A stretch of DNA of 47,751 nucleotides from Craspedostauros australis. Lineage: Eukaryota. Position 1 is the stretch's first letter, and each line of letters starts with the position of its first letter. The position numbers and the translations under genes were made by a program. Where the stretch lies: contig JALAGF010004490.1 in NCBI GenBank assembly GCA_030167865.1, forward strand, positions 1-47,751, written 5' to 3'. Under the pieces are notes generated by a model. The model did not search any database. It was not told where the DNA came from and saw nothing but the letters and a program-made list of their open reading frames with translations. Below, one piece after another: positions 24,290-37,134 of the stretch.

Positions 24290-27200
24290 CTACAGCGCAT
24301 CCTTTAGCAACTGCCGGCAGTACTCGTCCTGCTCATCCAAGCTCTGCAGTGCGTACCAGTCCCAAAACGGTACGCTAAGGATCTTCCATCCCAGACTCTC
24401 CAGCAGCCTCACTTTCAGCGACGACGAACCATTCACCTCCTGCGACTCACCCCAACCAAAGTGATAGTCGATTTTGTTGTGGGGCGTCACGGTGTACCCG
24501 CCCTTCGATGGGATGCCCAGATCTATCCTAGTCACCCAATGCGCCGGCCCGTCCACCTCGATTCCGATCTTGCGCTCGGGATCGGCAATGTCGATCGACA
24601 GCAGCTCCTTCTTGAACGGTGCGATGCGACAGCCGACTTCCTCCGAGGCCAGGTGCTCCATCGTGATGCAGTACTCCTGCACGCCGTGGAAGCCCACGCG
24701 CGCCAATCCGTCTTCCACGCTGCGCTGCAAACCCGACGGGTTCAGGTCCAATCCATTCTCCAGCAGGTTCTGCGACAATCGCGACATCTCGTCATACGGC
24801 GCTTCCCAACCTTCGGGGAAGTTGGGTGGCAACTCCAACCCAGGCACAGCCTTGCCTTCCAAATCCATAACGATTTGCAAGTAGAGAATACTGATGACGG
24901 CGCTCGTCTGGATGCCCTCCGACTGATGGATCTTCTTCAAATATTCGGGATCCGGATTCTCGCCGACTCCCATCAGACCCACGTAGATCATCTCGATGAG
25001 AGTTGGTGGGTACTCACCCTGCACGGCACAGGCCCAGGCGATATTGGCCAGTTCCTGCGCCTTGAAATGGCGGAACACATTCTCTGCTGTCACTTTGCCA
25101 GTCTCCTCATCTCTGACGTACGTGCTGACGGAGGTGGCAATTTGCTCCAGCAATCCCTCCGGCACCTTCTGGTTGAACAATGAAGCGGCCCACAGGAGGT
25201 TGGAGATCTCCTGCCCCTTCATGTACTGCACGGGGCGGTTGCTGGAGTCCGTGTTCTCGATGGTGGCCTGCAGCCGCTGAACAGTCTGCTCCAACGCGCT
25301 GTCCAAGAATTCAGGATGCTTCATGCCAAGCACAGCGAACGCCCAAGCCGTGTTGGAAATATCCTGCGCCGACAGCTGCGAGAGCTTGTTGTACGTGGTG
25401 AGATGTACCGACGCCAATCCGTTGAAGAGCTTCTGCAGCAGTGCCTCTCCGACATCCACGAAGCTTGTGGTGTACACGGCCAATCTGCCGGACGTGTGCG
25501 GCATCCTCACCTTGGAGCCATGTCGTTGGAGGACTACGTCCGAAAGCTGTGCCTGCCGGGCGAAGGACCAGGCCATGTTGCCCACTCCCTGCGGAGAGAA
25601 CTCGTGCATGCGATGGGGATTCTCGACCATGTACTTGGCCACGCTTTTGAACAGCGCAGGGTGTCGCACATCCACCTTCGAAAAGCTCCACAGGACGTCC
25701 TTGATCTCCTGTGCTTTGAACCCGTCTGGCCGTTGCATGATCTCGGTGGCGGCCTTTGCCATCATCATGATGATGGGGTCTTCTTGCATCTCACGCCACG
25801 TTGGCCGCTGCCTTTCCATGAGCAGAGTCGTTTCGAAAGCGTCCTTGATGACAGGGAAGGCTTCGGCGGTCGCAATCGCCCAGCACGTGTTGCTCAGTTC
25901 CTGGCTCTTGAACATTCTGCCAGGAATCTTTTGCAACCGCGTGGCACAACCCCTGTACGCATTGTAATCAAAGTACTCAAGCTTGGCAAACGCCCAAAGC
26001 GTCGTTCCGATGTCCTAAAGTTTGACAGAAATTATGATGCAATATGAACGAATGTGAAATAACAACGACGTGAATCAAGAATAAATGAGAAAACGATTGC
26101 AAGGTATACCATGTGACGAAGCGTGCCAATCATTCGAGAGCCATGACGGACCCATCAGTTCCATTCCGCAATCACGTGTACACCACACACACCATGCACG
26201 AGTACTCTGAAGACAGACAACACACTGAAATGCCATGTATCGCATGAAGTGACTTACCTGCGGGCGCACTTTGCGCTGCGTGTCGACCATCTGCATGGAG
26301 ATGCTACGCAGAAGCTGCGTGTCATTGTACTGCAACCGAGCCAACGCCCATGCCAGGTTGTTGAGTTCCTGCGACTTGAATCGTCCCAGAATGGCCTTGG
26401 CCCGACGAATGAAGGTCTCCGTGGCGGTCCTGACGAGCTCGGCATCGCCCTGCGGGTCGTCGCTGGGGAGGATGATGTAATCGGACTGATCGTCGATGTT
26501 CTCATTGCCGCTGGACAATCCAAAGCCCAAGGTGGCGAAGGCCCAGAGGGTGTTGGAGACTTCTTGGGATTTGAAGTTTTCGGCGTCACGTGCGATGGCC
26601 TCTTTGGCGACGTGCCTCATAATGGTGAGGGCCGCGGAGACGGTTTTTTCATCCAGCTCGGTGATGGACTGGCGGATGGCCAGCGTGGTGGCGACGCCCC
26701 AGCCGGTGTTGGAGAGCTCCTGGGGTTTGAACATCTTGACGAACTGTTCTGAGGAATCCATGAGATGCGCGACGTAAGGGTAGAGGACGTCTTCCGGGCC
26801 ATTGATGGCCGCCGTCGCCAAGGCCCAGATGGTGTTTGACCATTCCTGCGGCATGTCTACACGCTCCGTGGCCTTCGAATCGATGATGAGGTGATCGATG
26901 ACGAACTCAAAGAAATCCTTGTCGACGCGGTTGATGGTGGACATGGCCCAAACGAGGTTGGCCCATTCCTGCGACCGGAAGGACAGCGATGCTCCCTTAT
27001 CCTGCACGCGCGCTGTGATGACGTCGATGATGCTGCCGCAGAGCTGCGAGAGCTCGGGAATCCACGGCTTGCTGCCGTCCTCGTCGGGGTTGCCGGATGC
27101 GGAGGCCCTGCTCTTGGCGATGGCGTAAATCTGGCTGCGGACTGTGGAGGCGAGCTTGCGCAGGTTCTCTTCGCGGTCCTTGGGGTCCTCCATGGGCAAG

Positions 27201-28213
27201 GCCGTGACGGGAGGCGCGATCTTGAGCTTGGCGATGGCCCATGCCGTGTTGGACATCTCGCGGGCCCGGAAGACGATGTCCTTGCCGGATGTGTCCAGCA
27301 CTGGCGGGTCGCTGAGGAAGGCCTCCGACAGCGAGCACATGAAGAGTCCGAATCTTGGATCCGACAGTATCCTCGATCGCTCGCTGCGCGCGTCGCGGTT
27401 GACGTAGGCGTAAGCCACGTGCTTGGCGATGCGATGCAGGCAGGTTGAGTAGTTGATGGAATTGAGGGTGCCCCCGCCTCCGTAGGACGTGAGGGAACCC
27501 TTGACGGAGGCGAGCAATTCCAAGATGTCCAGGGCATCGGGGCGTGATGTGATGCGCGAATTGAGCTTGACGGCCAGGTAGGATTGTCGCTGTACTTCCT
27601 TTCGGTTCGCGCCCTTGTGCTTGTGTTTGTTGTCGTTGTGGCTGTCGCTGCCGTTATTTTGTGAACGTTGACGATGCCCATGCTTTCTGAATTGTTTTGA
27701 CCGCGGAGGAGAGTGGGTGTGCGGCCGTTTGGGTATGGCGATATGATCGGCGGCATCATCCTGCACGAGGTTTGTAGCATCGTTATGGACCCGATGAACA
27801 GTCGTTGTAGACTTTGCCTTCCTCCTGCCTGGCGGCTTGGCATCCTTCCTGGTCTTTGCCAATTGTTTGGATCGCGTTTTTGCACGAGCCGCCGCTGCCG
27901 CTGCCGTGGCCATGGTCGAGTCTGCCTCTGCATGAAGTACGAATGCATCCGCATTTCTCGAGATCTCCGTGGGTGATAGCAAAACGGAACCTGATCGATG
28001 TATCGACCCGGACAACGGCCATCCGGATGAGTTCGAATGTGGCGGCGGGGAAGAACGTATCCTTCTGCCTTGCCGCTGAGACTGCTGCGAAGCGACACGG
28101 AAGGATAGACCTTCGACTCTGTGGGCTCTCGGAAGCAGCAGAAAACAGCAGAACCAAGACCCGACAAGTAGCGCCGCCGATGCTCGTGATCTAGAAGATG
28201 TCGTCATCTTCAT
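24290..28213 (-). CDS. Probably plastid-targeted octotricopeptide-repeat (OPR)-like RNA-binding protein with C-terminal RAP domain, about 1226 aa, 2 exons
   Basis: Exons 28213-26258 and 26014-24290. The phase-0 intron GTAAGT...CTTTAG (243 nt) reconstitutes a repeat across the junction (VRPQ|DIGTTLWAFAKL). About 13 repeats of F(K/S)xQE(L/I)(S/A)NxxWAxAx. RAP domain SIDIADPERKIGIEVDGPAHW...NGSSSLKVRLLESLGWKILSVPFWDW. Signal peptide ending VEG followed by LSF and an S/R-rich transit-like region. Confidence 0.9.
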
Positions 28214-29669
28214 TTCCTTTCGTTGCTTTCTCTCTCTCTCTCTTTGTTTACGAGTATTCCGACCTTGTTGTTCCGATCTTCTGTTGTTGCACCCTTGCCC
28301 TCCTTGGATGCCTTGAATGCAGTAAAGTATACAATAGTACCCCAGAGTCCTTGCCCTCGCTCTTCTTCCTTCGCTGGGACTGAATGGCAGGTTGCCGACT
28401 GATCGGTTTGATGGTTGAAGCGAGTGGATACGCAGATGGGGCGATGCGCACGCACGGAATCACTCAGATGATGGAGTCTGCTCGACGAGATCGTACCCTG
28501 TGCCAAGCGTGGCTCCGATGCAATGCTCGTATTAGTAGGTATGGTGGCTCGTATTGTATTGAAGCAAAGCACAAATGGCAGCTCGGAAGGACAGATTCCT
28601 CGTGACAGCGGCCGCAGATGAATGGCAATGATGACCGAGATGCGGATTCCGGCGCAGATAAACACACCAGTCGATGCAACGCACTTCGATCCAATTCAAT
28701 CCAATTCGATGCGATGTGATGTGATGTGATGTGAGGCAGTGGCTGATTGTGGCTGCATCCCAAGGGTGTCGGTGAACGCCAGATAGCATGAGCAAAGTGG
28801 TGATGAGATTGTTCTGTTGCGCAGAACTTGGAGATGCGCTCTCTCCAGCCATCAGTCAGTCAGTCACACGTTGTTCGTACTTCAACGCAAACGAGCTGAC
28901 ACCACGCAAAAAGTGCGCGCACAATTTTGTGTGATTGGTTGTTGGCGAAAAACGGGAACCAACGGAACTCATGATTCCTTGTTATGGGTTATGAGCTCAC
29001 CGTCGTCAAATCGGAGTGGTCATTCTTCGCTTCTGAATCGCTCGACCCAACGTCTTTTTCGCCCTGATACTACGAGGTTAAGCTAGAGAGAAGAGCACAG
29101 GTCGATTTGCGCAACACAACGTGTGCGCTGGGAGCCATGCTCTTCGAGTAGTAGTATTGGTGCCAACCATCGCGCTTGATGCAGTCACGGCGTTACCTGG
29201 GGCGAGGCAGGCACACATTCGTCGCGGGCAAAGTGAAGTTGCTTGCTTGAATCGTATCCGAGCTGCAATTCCGACGTGATGCAGTCATCCCAACAGCCTC
29301 CAATTCGTTTCTTGGAGACTCCGAGGTTCTCTTTGCGGCAGGATTTGTGCTGACACGGACGTTCCTGTACCTGTTGGTGCCACACAACCTTGAAGGGGCG
29401 ATCCAAGCATCAAAGTGGGAACAGATGGTGATGCTGAGGATTCAAGTTGCATCGTGGGTGTGGATCTGTGCATGAGGAGCGGCTGTCAACAGCTTCACCC
29501 CGATTGTGCCCGACTTTTTTCAAAACGAGCTATGCATTGTATTTTATCTGGTGTGGTAAGTATGGTATGCCTGCATCTCTCTTTCGCTTTTTCTTTTCCG
29601 TGTGTGAGCGCATCGTCGCCATCGAACTTTGACGGCCCACACTCGCCCAATCCATCCCATTCCAACTCA

Positions 29670-30422
29670 TCAATACCAAACGCCGCCCGTCAACGCTTCG
29701 AAGCGGCCCTTGGCGGAATCAAAATCATCCAAGAGGACGGAGGACGGCAGCGACGTCGTGCCATGCGCCTCCAGGAACAACCCCAGCAGCGAGCTGGCGT
29801 AGGTCGCGGCGACCACCATCGTCAAGGCAGCGAAGAAATAGCCGAATGCCAACGACTCTTCCGTGCTCGTCCATCGCACCATGGTCGGGTTAAATAGATC
29901 GTTGCGGCGAATACGTTGCTGCAATTGCCGTCGCAGGGTGGTCGGTGCATCAGAGAGGCCCCATTGCTTGGCCACCGCAGCTGCGGATAGTTGGAATTGC
30001 TGCCATTGGTTTTCCCGACGTCTTCGTACATCGCTTTGATCGTCGCTCTTTGTCTTTGCCACGGTCAGGCTGGAAGTGTCGTAGGCGTCGGCTTTGGCAT
30101 TGATATGCACCTGGATGTCCTCATCAGATGCGAAGTCATCAGCAGAGGATGTCTGCCTCACCACCAGATCCAGCTTCCTCGATGGCTTGTTCGCAACACG
30201 CGATGGATTGCGACGATCGCCACCATGCTGATGGCTGTGCATTGCATCGACACAGAGCGATTGGTGCGATGGCTGCTGCTTCGTGACGAACGCGCTGGAA
30301 GTGGCCGAGAGCAGCAAAAGAACCAGCACGTTTAGGAACCGACCTGATGACGAAGCGCGTGCTCTCGATGCGCAAGGCGTTGGTGTATTCATGCTTCTTT
30401 GTGTCATTGGAAGGGACAGCAT
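29670..30422 (-). CDS. Hypothetical plastid-targeted membrane protein, about 250 aa
   Basis: ATG at 30422 (alternatives 30407, 30392). Hydrophobic signal FLNVLVLLLLSATSSA followed by FVT (ASAFAP-like) and an R/S-rich transit region; C-terminal TM-like LAFGYFFAALTMVVAATYASSLLGLFL. Confidence 0.65.
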   Translation of the reverse strand: MLSLPMTQRSMNTPTPCASRARASSSGRFLNVLVLLLLSATSSAFVTKQQPSHQSLCVDAMHSHQHGGDRRNPSRVANKPSRKLDLVVRQTSSADDFASDEDIQVHINAKADAYDTSSLTVAKTKSDDQSDVRRRRENQWQQFQLSAAAVAKQWGLSDAPTTLRRQLQQRIRRNDLFNPTMVRWTSTEESLAFGYFFAALTMVVAATYASSLLGLFLEAHGTTSLPSSVLLDDFDSAKGRFEALTGGVWY

Positions 30423-31287
30423 CTTCGCTTTCTTGATTCTCGCGATGCTTTGCGACGGATGCACTCAATAGTAACTTGCTGTGGGTGGTGTCTGGCGGTG
30501 GATGGTCGAAATGATGAAGTTGCGTCGATTGGGATTATGTGCTGCTTTTCTTCTGTCACCAACTTTCATTCAACCTGCGGTTGTTTCTCCTCTGTGCACT
30601 TCATGCTGCACCGAAGTTCTGCATTGGACGAAGTCGATGCGGGACGATGTGGGGGATGCGGAGCGTGGATTCGCTTCTGAGCATGTTCTTGAATTTGTGA
30701 TCTTCTTCCACATGTGTGATGACATGACCCATAACGAGTCGTGCTGACGTCACGCATCAGAGAAGCGACGCTGCACCGTGTTGCGCGCTTTCTCGCCACG
30801 CGCCCACCACGCTTCAACCAACACGGTCTGAGTGGATTGGATTGGCTCGCTCACGAACAGAACAAAAGAAGCCAGGAATGTAGTCAATGTAGTCGACCCA
30901 CGAATCTGAGGCCTGTTCTGAATGCCGATCACACAGAAAATACGCCACGATGGATTTTGCGTTCGGTGGTCTCGTTGTTTTCTCGTTTCGCTCGCTTGAT
31001 CCACGCATCGTGGACATTGCAACGAAGCAACAACGGAGGAGATCGTACGTGCACTCCACGATCAACAGAAACCGCCACGATGACACACAGCGAAGAAACC
31101 CTGAGCGTCAACACACACATAATAGCTCGTAGAGGATGTAACATCAACATGTTATCCTACCATACCAAAACGTACTCGGATTTGTTTTTGTATTTCCGCA
31201 AACTCTCGCTGTCCCACGACTACTGCCGGTGGCCTCAATTGGAATCTCTATCATCCTGTGCGGGACCGTTGCCTGATTCGTCAGGCA

Positions 31288-34200
31288 TTAGAGGAGCGGT
31301 TCGCAGCAAGTACAGTTGAAACCTTCGGCCACAGGAGCAAAAATTCTCAAGTCTTCTCGTGCATCACAAAGCAGCTGTGTTCCTTCACTTGTGATGGCAC
31401 TAGCCCCCACAGCTATGCGGGCTGATGAGACACAAGTCAGAAAAGGCGAAAGATGAACAAAATGATGGACAGATACGCAGCGCGGTATGTGAGATGGACA
31501 GCTCCGTTCATGCAACCCAGTAGACAAATGCCAGCAACGGGCAATAGATTCTTTCACGCGCAACCAGACCCCGTTTGGCGACTGCGACCATCACTGTCAG
31601 ATGGCCATCCTGTTCTCAATTTGGCCATCGGCTTGTTTGCACTTACTCAAGCTTTCTGCGTCAGCAAGCGTGGCTGGCAATCGACCCTCCAGCAGTGTGG
31701 AAAAGAGGTGCAGATTCATGAGCGCATTCAAGTTCCCGAGGGTTGTTGGGACTTCTCCGCGCAGTTGAGTTTGACTGAGGGCCAGGTTCATCAGGTTCGT
31801 GCAGTTTCCGATAGATTCTGGGATTTTGCCTCGGATTTGGTTGCCTTTCATTTCAAGATTGATCAATGATTGAAATCTTCCAATGTCTGTTGGTAGCTCT
31901 CCCGTCAGGTCGTTATAGTTCACGAGTAAGAATTTCAGGCGAGGCAACGACCCATGTTCAAAGGAGTCCCAAGGCAATTCTCCTTCAAAGCCGTTTTCGG
32001 ACACGTCAAGTACTTCCAGCGATGGCAACTGCCGCCCCAAGTTGGTAGGTAAGGGACCTGAGAATGAATTCGTCCCCAAATCGATACGTCTCAACATTGC
32101 GCTGACGACTCCATCGCCAGAAGGAGCCACGTGGACCCCCGGCACAACGAAGTGTCCACTGAGACGATTTTGTGGCAACCTTACATCCACCAGCCTGGGC
32201 AGGTATCCCAACAAGTTAACGTCGCCTTCCAGATGGTTGTTGCCGAGATGCAGCTCCGCAATGTTGTGGACGCTCGTTGTGATGTTCGGCAGCCCACCGC
32301 TGAGTTGATTGCGCTCCAAATTCAGGATGTTCAGCCAGAACATGCTGTCAAGCAGCGTTTCTGGAATGCTTCCTTGCAGCGAAGGATTTCCTGTGATAGT
32401 GATTTCTTGGAGGAACCTGAAAGCACTCAGGTCATTAGGCAATGTTCCATTCAGATTGTTGGATTCTGATTTGGGGCGCGGTGTGGTGGACGTTGACATC
32501 ATGACAGCGACAACAAGGAGAGGGAGAATACGAGCATGCGCGGCATGTGTGTTTTGTGTTGGTGCGTGGGTGAGAGATATAGAGAGCAAGTCGGAGCAGC
32601 TTGATGCGTACTGGTACCTACGACGACGCCCGAACCATGAAAACACCGGGATGTCGCCTGACAAACAACTCCCATGTACGAATACAACCCAACCATTCCA
32701 CGTACCAATGATGATTTGCGTGACCCGCTTGGCACCATCGCAAAAGATGCCATTATCATCCCGGTTCCAGTCACAGATATGCTCCTTGCTCAGAAAGTTG
32801 CAATCGTCGGTCCATGATTCACCGCCGGTGGCGTAGAAGAAGACGGCGAGGCTGTAGAGCGCACCGAGACGCCTGCCATCCACCTGATTCACTTCCGATA
32901 CCGTCTGCAAGTCTTGGTCCCACAGGATCCAGTGGACACTCTTGGATCGCGCGGAGCCGAGGTCGTTCCAATCTTGTTCGTTGCCTGCGCTGGAAGACGG
33001 CAGCACGTAAGGCAATCGGTGGACGAGAGCCTGGCGCGCTGGGTCATCGAGCGGCACGATGGGCGGGTTGAATTTGGATGGAAGCTGCGAGCTGTCTGTC
33101 ACGTTGGTCTGGTCGCTTCGTTCCGTTCTGGGTGCGCGGGTGGCGCGGTTGTCGTCATTGCTGTTCTCGAACTGTCCAGTCAACAGAAGTGCCACGACAA
33201 TGACGAGAGCCACCACCAAGACGAGGACGACAATGAGGGCACTGTACATGGCGCGTTGTGTGATATCCCCCTTGTCGCCATCCGCTGATCCGCGGTCGCC
33301 ATCGCCCTTGCTTGGACCGTAGGCTTTTGAGTTCCTGCGAACGTTGGCCGTGAGGATGCCTCCGGCATTGCGAGACGAGGCATTGTTGTCCATGCCCCGG
33401 GAGCTGTCCTGATGCAAGGACGAATCGAGAGGCACGGTGGTGGCATCGGAACCTCTGGCAACATGGGGGATGAGGGACAGTTGCGTCCCACGCAGTTCCG
33501 GCGGAAGGTTTGTCTCCTGCGGTTGTGGCGGCGGTCTCATTTCCGGTGGAAGATGATCGTACTGTCCCGCGTTCGTGGCTGGAAACGGTTCGGACTGCGC
33601 CCCCCGCAGGCTCAACGACGATCCTTCTTGCGCGCTGGAAGATACATGCGCGCTGGAATGCTGACCATTCATTCCATTGTTCGGCCTGGCCCACGCCGGC
33701 ATGGCACCAATGGCACGCGCCTGCACCGAATAGGCTCCCGGCAGGATCTGCCCAAGCTGTCCCGAATTATCGGTTGCCGCAATGTCCCCGGACGGCCCAT
33801 TGAGGAAGGCCTCCGGGTCTCCAATGGACCGCATATGCGCCGACGAATTGGACTTGGCGCCCAACTGGAATCGCTGCGGTGGACGTCGCGGAGATGCACG
33901 GCCATTGTTGGCCTGCGGCAGGGCAACGCCCACGCCATTCATGTCCAGCAGGCCATCATCATCATGATTGGCGCTGCTCACCGCGCCGGTGGAATCGATG
34001 TGATGCGATGCGCTCACATGTTGTCCAAATTGAGGCGATGTCATGTTGTTCTCGCGATCATCGTTGCTGTGCGCAAGTTCCTGCGGTCGGTACCCGCAGG
34101 CAGCCTTGAGATTGTCTTCCATCGCACCAAGCTGCGTGCTCTGCGGCGGGCGCTTGTATTGATCATCGGCGTGGCTGCTGGGCGTTGCAGGAGGCATGTT

Positions 34201-34887
34201 GGAACGGGGATAGGTAGCCGTGGCGGAGGCGTACTGCTCCGAGGCCGCCATCTTTGCTTGCATCGCCATCATCCTAGCCTGGGCCTGCGATGTGGTGGAA
34301 GAAGGCGGTGCACCTGTGGGCTGCGGCGCACTCAAAGACCCATCGTTGCCGTATGCGTTGTTCGTATGGTAATTGTCGTCCTGCACCATCATGGGTCCAG
34401 CCATCCTGCCATCGGTGTGGCCATTCGACATCGACGACACTGTCATGGGAGGCATTTTGGAACTGGGATAGGCAGCCGTGGCGGATCCACCAGAGGCGTA
34501 CTGCTCTGAGGCCGCCATCTTCGCTTCTATCGCCATCATTCTGGCTTGAGCCTGTGCCAAAGCCGATGGTGCTGCAGCTGCGGACTGTTGCATGTTGGAT
34601 GGTCCATTGTTGCCATCATCATCATGATCATCCACCATCATGGACCCCGCCATCCGATCATGGGCCGTATCTTCGTCTTGCAGAAAGACGATCTCGTGCT
34701 CGTTGAGCGATGCCGTCTGTCGCAGCGTCATGATATCGTCATCGACCATCTCGATGAGGTCGCCATTCTGCGAGGCGGACCTCGATGGTTCGTTGGCATC
34801 CAAGCGTGCTTGCTGCATTCTGCCGTCCATGCCCGAGTTTGCGGGAGCGCTGCTCTCACGCCAAATGCTGTTGTTGTCAGAAGACAT
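31288..34887 (-). CDS. Second diatom-type type-II membrane LRR protein, about 1044 aa, 3 exons
   Basis: Exons 34887-32706, 32465-31647, 31421-31288. Phase-1 introns GTACGT..AATCAG (240 nt) and GTAAGT..CATCAG (225 nt). Disordered N-terminus with PGAYSV motif, TM (ALIVVLVLVVALVIVVALLL), cap LYSLAVFFYATGGESW...HICDW...GIFC, LRRs and terminal CTCC. Intron positions match LRR gene 1. Confidence 0.9.
34191..34558 (-). repeat. Internal duplication of about 100 nt in the LRR gene 2 N-terminus
   Basis: AQAQARMMAIEAKMAASEQYASGGSATAAYPSSKMPP (about 34449-34558) versus SQAQARMMAMQAKMAASEQYASATATYPRSNMPP (about 34191-34288). Confidence 0.9.
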
Positions 34888-34907
34888 GATGGAAGTGTTA
34901 TGGTCGT

Positions 34908-35125
34908 TGAGTGTTGCTGAGTGTTGCTGAGTGTTGCTGAGTATTGGAATACTATTGCACTTTGACCGTCTCTATTGAAGCACCTCTCGACACTCAATCT
35001 GCGTCTGCAGTCTTCTCTCCGTTTTGTGTTGCTTCTGTTGCTTCTGTTGCTTGTGTTGTTCTGTTTGTGGTGGTGACATGCAGTAGAGCCTTGTGGAGTA
35101 TGGCAAGGTATGACAAGGTATGGCA
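34908..35125 (+). repeat. Cluster of 9-10-bp tandem repeats in the 5' region of LRR gene 2
   Basis: (TGAGTGTTGC)x3+ at about 34908-34942; (TGTTGCTTC)x3 at about 35027-35053; (GTATGRCAAG)x3 at about 35098-35125. Confidence 0.85.
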
Positions 35126-36232
35126 GAGTCTTCGTATTCGTCCCAACAAGGAGGCAAGATGCATGCAATGGGCTTGCGGATCGTACTTTGTCGCTTTGTT
35201 GTGTGCGGACAACAAGCCTGTTGGCGACTCTGAACGCCTCCTTTCTTGTCGGATCCGAGATGAAGAGACTTTGTGCCCTTACCTGCTTGTTTGATGGGTC
35301 GTAGCTGGTGTGGTCGCTCGGCATTCTGGCTTCGAAGCATCGGGCGCGAGCCATCGTGGCGTTTGATGACCACCAAGAAAGGAAGACACGACAGTGCGTT
35401 CCACAACCACGGTCGCAGGCGGATCCAATGATAAAATCGTGGCGGATTTCGTGTAAAATCCATACATTGACGAGAAAGCCCCTTTGGCTTAGCGCAGCTG
35501 ATCGAGCTTTCGAGCGCGAATTTGCCTCTTCGATTCGATCGATTCAACGTGAACGATAAAATAACAGTGTCGCATCGACTGCACTGCACGATTCGATAAT
35601 TATGGTCAATTGTCGTTTGTGACAAACGTGATAAATTCCACCTCGCCCAGTCACAATTTGACAAAAACGAAAAGGACAGCGTGGCGACTGAAGCGTCACG
35701 TTTAACGGCTACCTCCGGCAAACCGGTACATGCGAGGTCTTCCCAAACCCGTTGTCGACGTGATTGGTGTCGACAGCTTCTGCACCCGCTCAGTCTTCGT
35801 GTGCGACTATCACTTTGTGCGGTATGCACGGCGCAAACAGGCCAAAGCAAACATGAATGTAGTCGTAAACTTGAACATGATGCGGATGTGTGAATGGAAC
35901 GTTGGGTGTAGAGCCTCCAGTTGCATTCAGAGACGACACCCGGATCCAACAAAGCAACGCAAATCAGAGACACAGTTGCGCGCGAGCATCAGAGACTGAG
36001 AAAGGTCCGTATCTGCAGATGTGCTATTGTTCTTGTGTTCTCGTTCCGCATGCGTGGGTATTTGTTCCACAATGTATTGTCCGTATCATCCTTCAGCAGT
36101 ACTCCCATTGCTGCGGAATTCAGGTGCATTTCTCGCCGAGGATCCACGCATGCCCGCCTGCGTCGGACCATGTCGCAAATGCGCCAACCTTCCCTCTCTG
36201 TCTCAAAGCATTCTGCTACACCCACACATGAG

Positions 36233-36514
36233 CTATTGCCCACCAGCATGTCCTTCCTTCGTTGCGGACGCGTCTTCTTGCGGCGCATTCGGCGACGGCA
36301 GCATCGTCACTTGGTAGTCGTTGCCAACTCTCGTGTGCTTCGTGCCGCGGTACGCCAAGTACTCGAACTTGGTTCGCTTTGCGGGGCTGTCTTGTTGCTG
36401 CTGTATGACGGAAGAGGCGGACAGCAGGGATCCGAAGATGCCGTCTTCCAGCGTCGTTCGTTCTGCTTGCGCCTTGCTGTCCGCCTTGTTCTCGGGTTGC
36501 GATGCATTCGACAT
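36233..36514 (-). CDS. Small 93-aa protein with an ELM2-like motif
   Basis: ATG-to-TAG single-exon ORF containing HTRVGNDYQVTMLP, matching the ELM2 N-terminal consensus (I/T)RVGxxYQAxLP; head-to-head with the aminopeptidase gene. Confidence 0.6.
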   Translation of the reverse strand: MSNASQPENKADSKAQAERTTLEDGIFGSLLSASSVIQQQQDSPAKRTKFEYLAYRGTKHTRVGNDYQVTMLPSPNAPQEDASATKEGHAGGQ

Positions 36515-37134
36515 GTCGTGTTTGGGAACCGCAACGTTGTGTGTCTGCGTCTTGCGTGATCAATGTCTGTGATGCGTGGCTGGACGGAGTCGCTGAGATT
36601 ATGGCTTGCGTGCAGTAGGCAGATGTAGAGCAGAAAGGATGAAGGTGCTTGTCGTATGGAGGCATGTCCTTGCCTTTGTCAATGTGCAACAAGAAGATCG
36701 ATGGCGCAGTCGTCGTCGTTGTGGTTTGAGTGGCATTTGCGCGCCAAAATGGCGTGATCAACGACCAATCCGAATCCGATTGGGGAGATCTTCGTCGTTC
36801 GCTTCGCACCATGACAACCTGTCTTTTCCGCTTCGCAACTGTTATGTCGTGCTGCGTTGATGCGTTCCTTCTTCGCCACCGTTCTGTATCTTTGCGTGTT
36901 TGCGCCTTTCTTGTCTCTGATCGAAGCAACCTTCGTCGTCAACAGCAACACTTCTGGCAAACAACTCATCTGAAGTGTTCCAGCGCTCTGGAAATAGAAA
37001 CGAACGAGCAGTACCAGTTCAAGCACTCAGCGCAACGCAACGATCCTCTCAGCGATCATCTGCGATCAATCTTGAAGGCACCATAATTCAACAACAACAA
37101 CAACAACGACAACAACACGACTGACGACAACACC

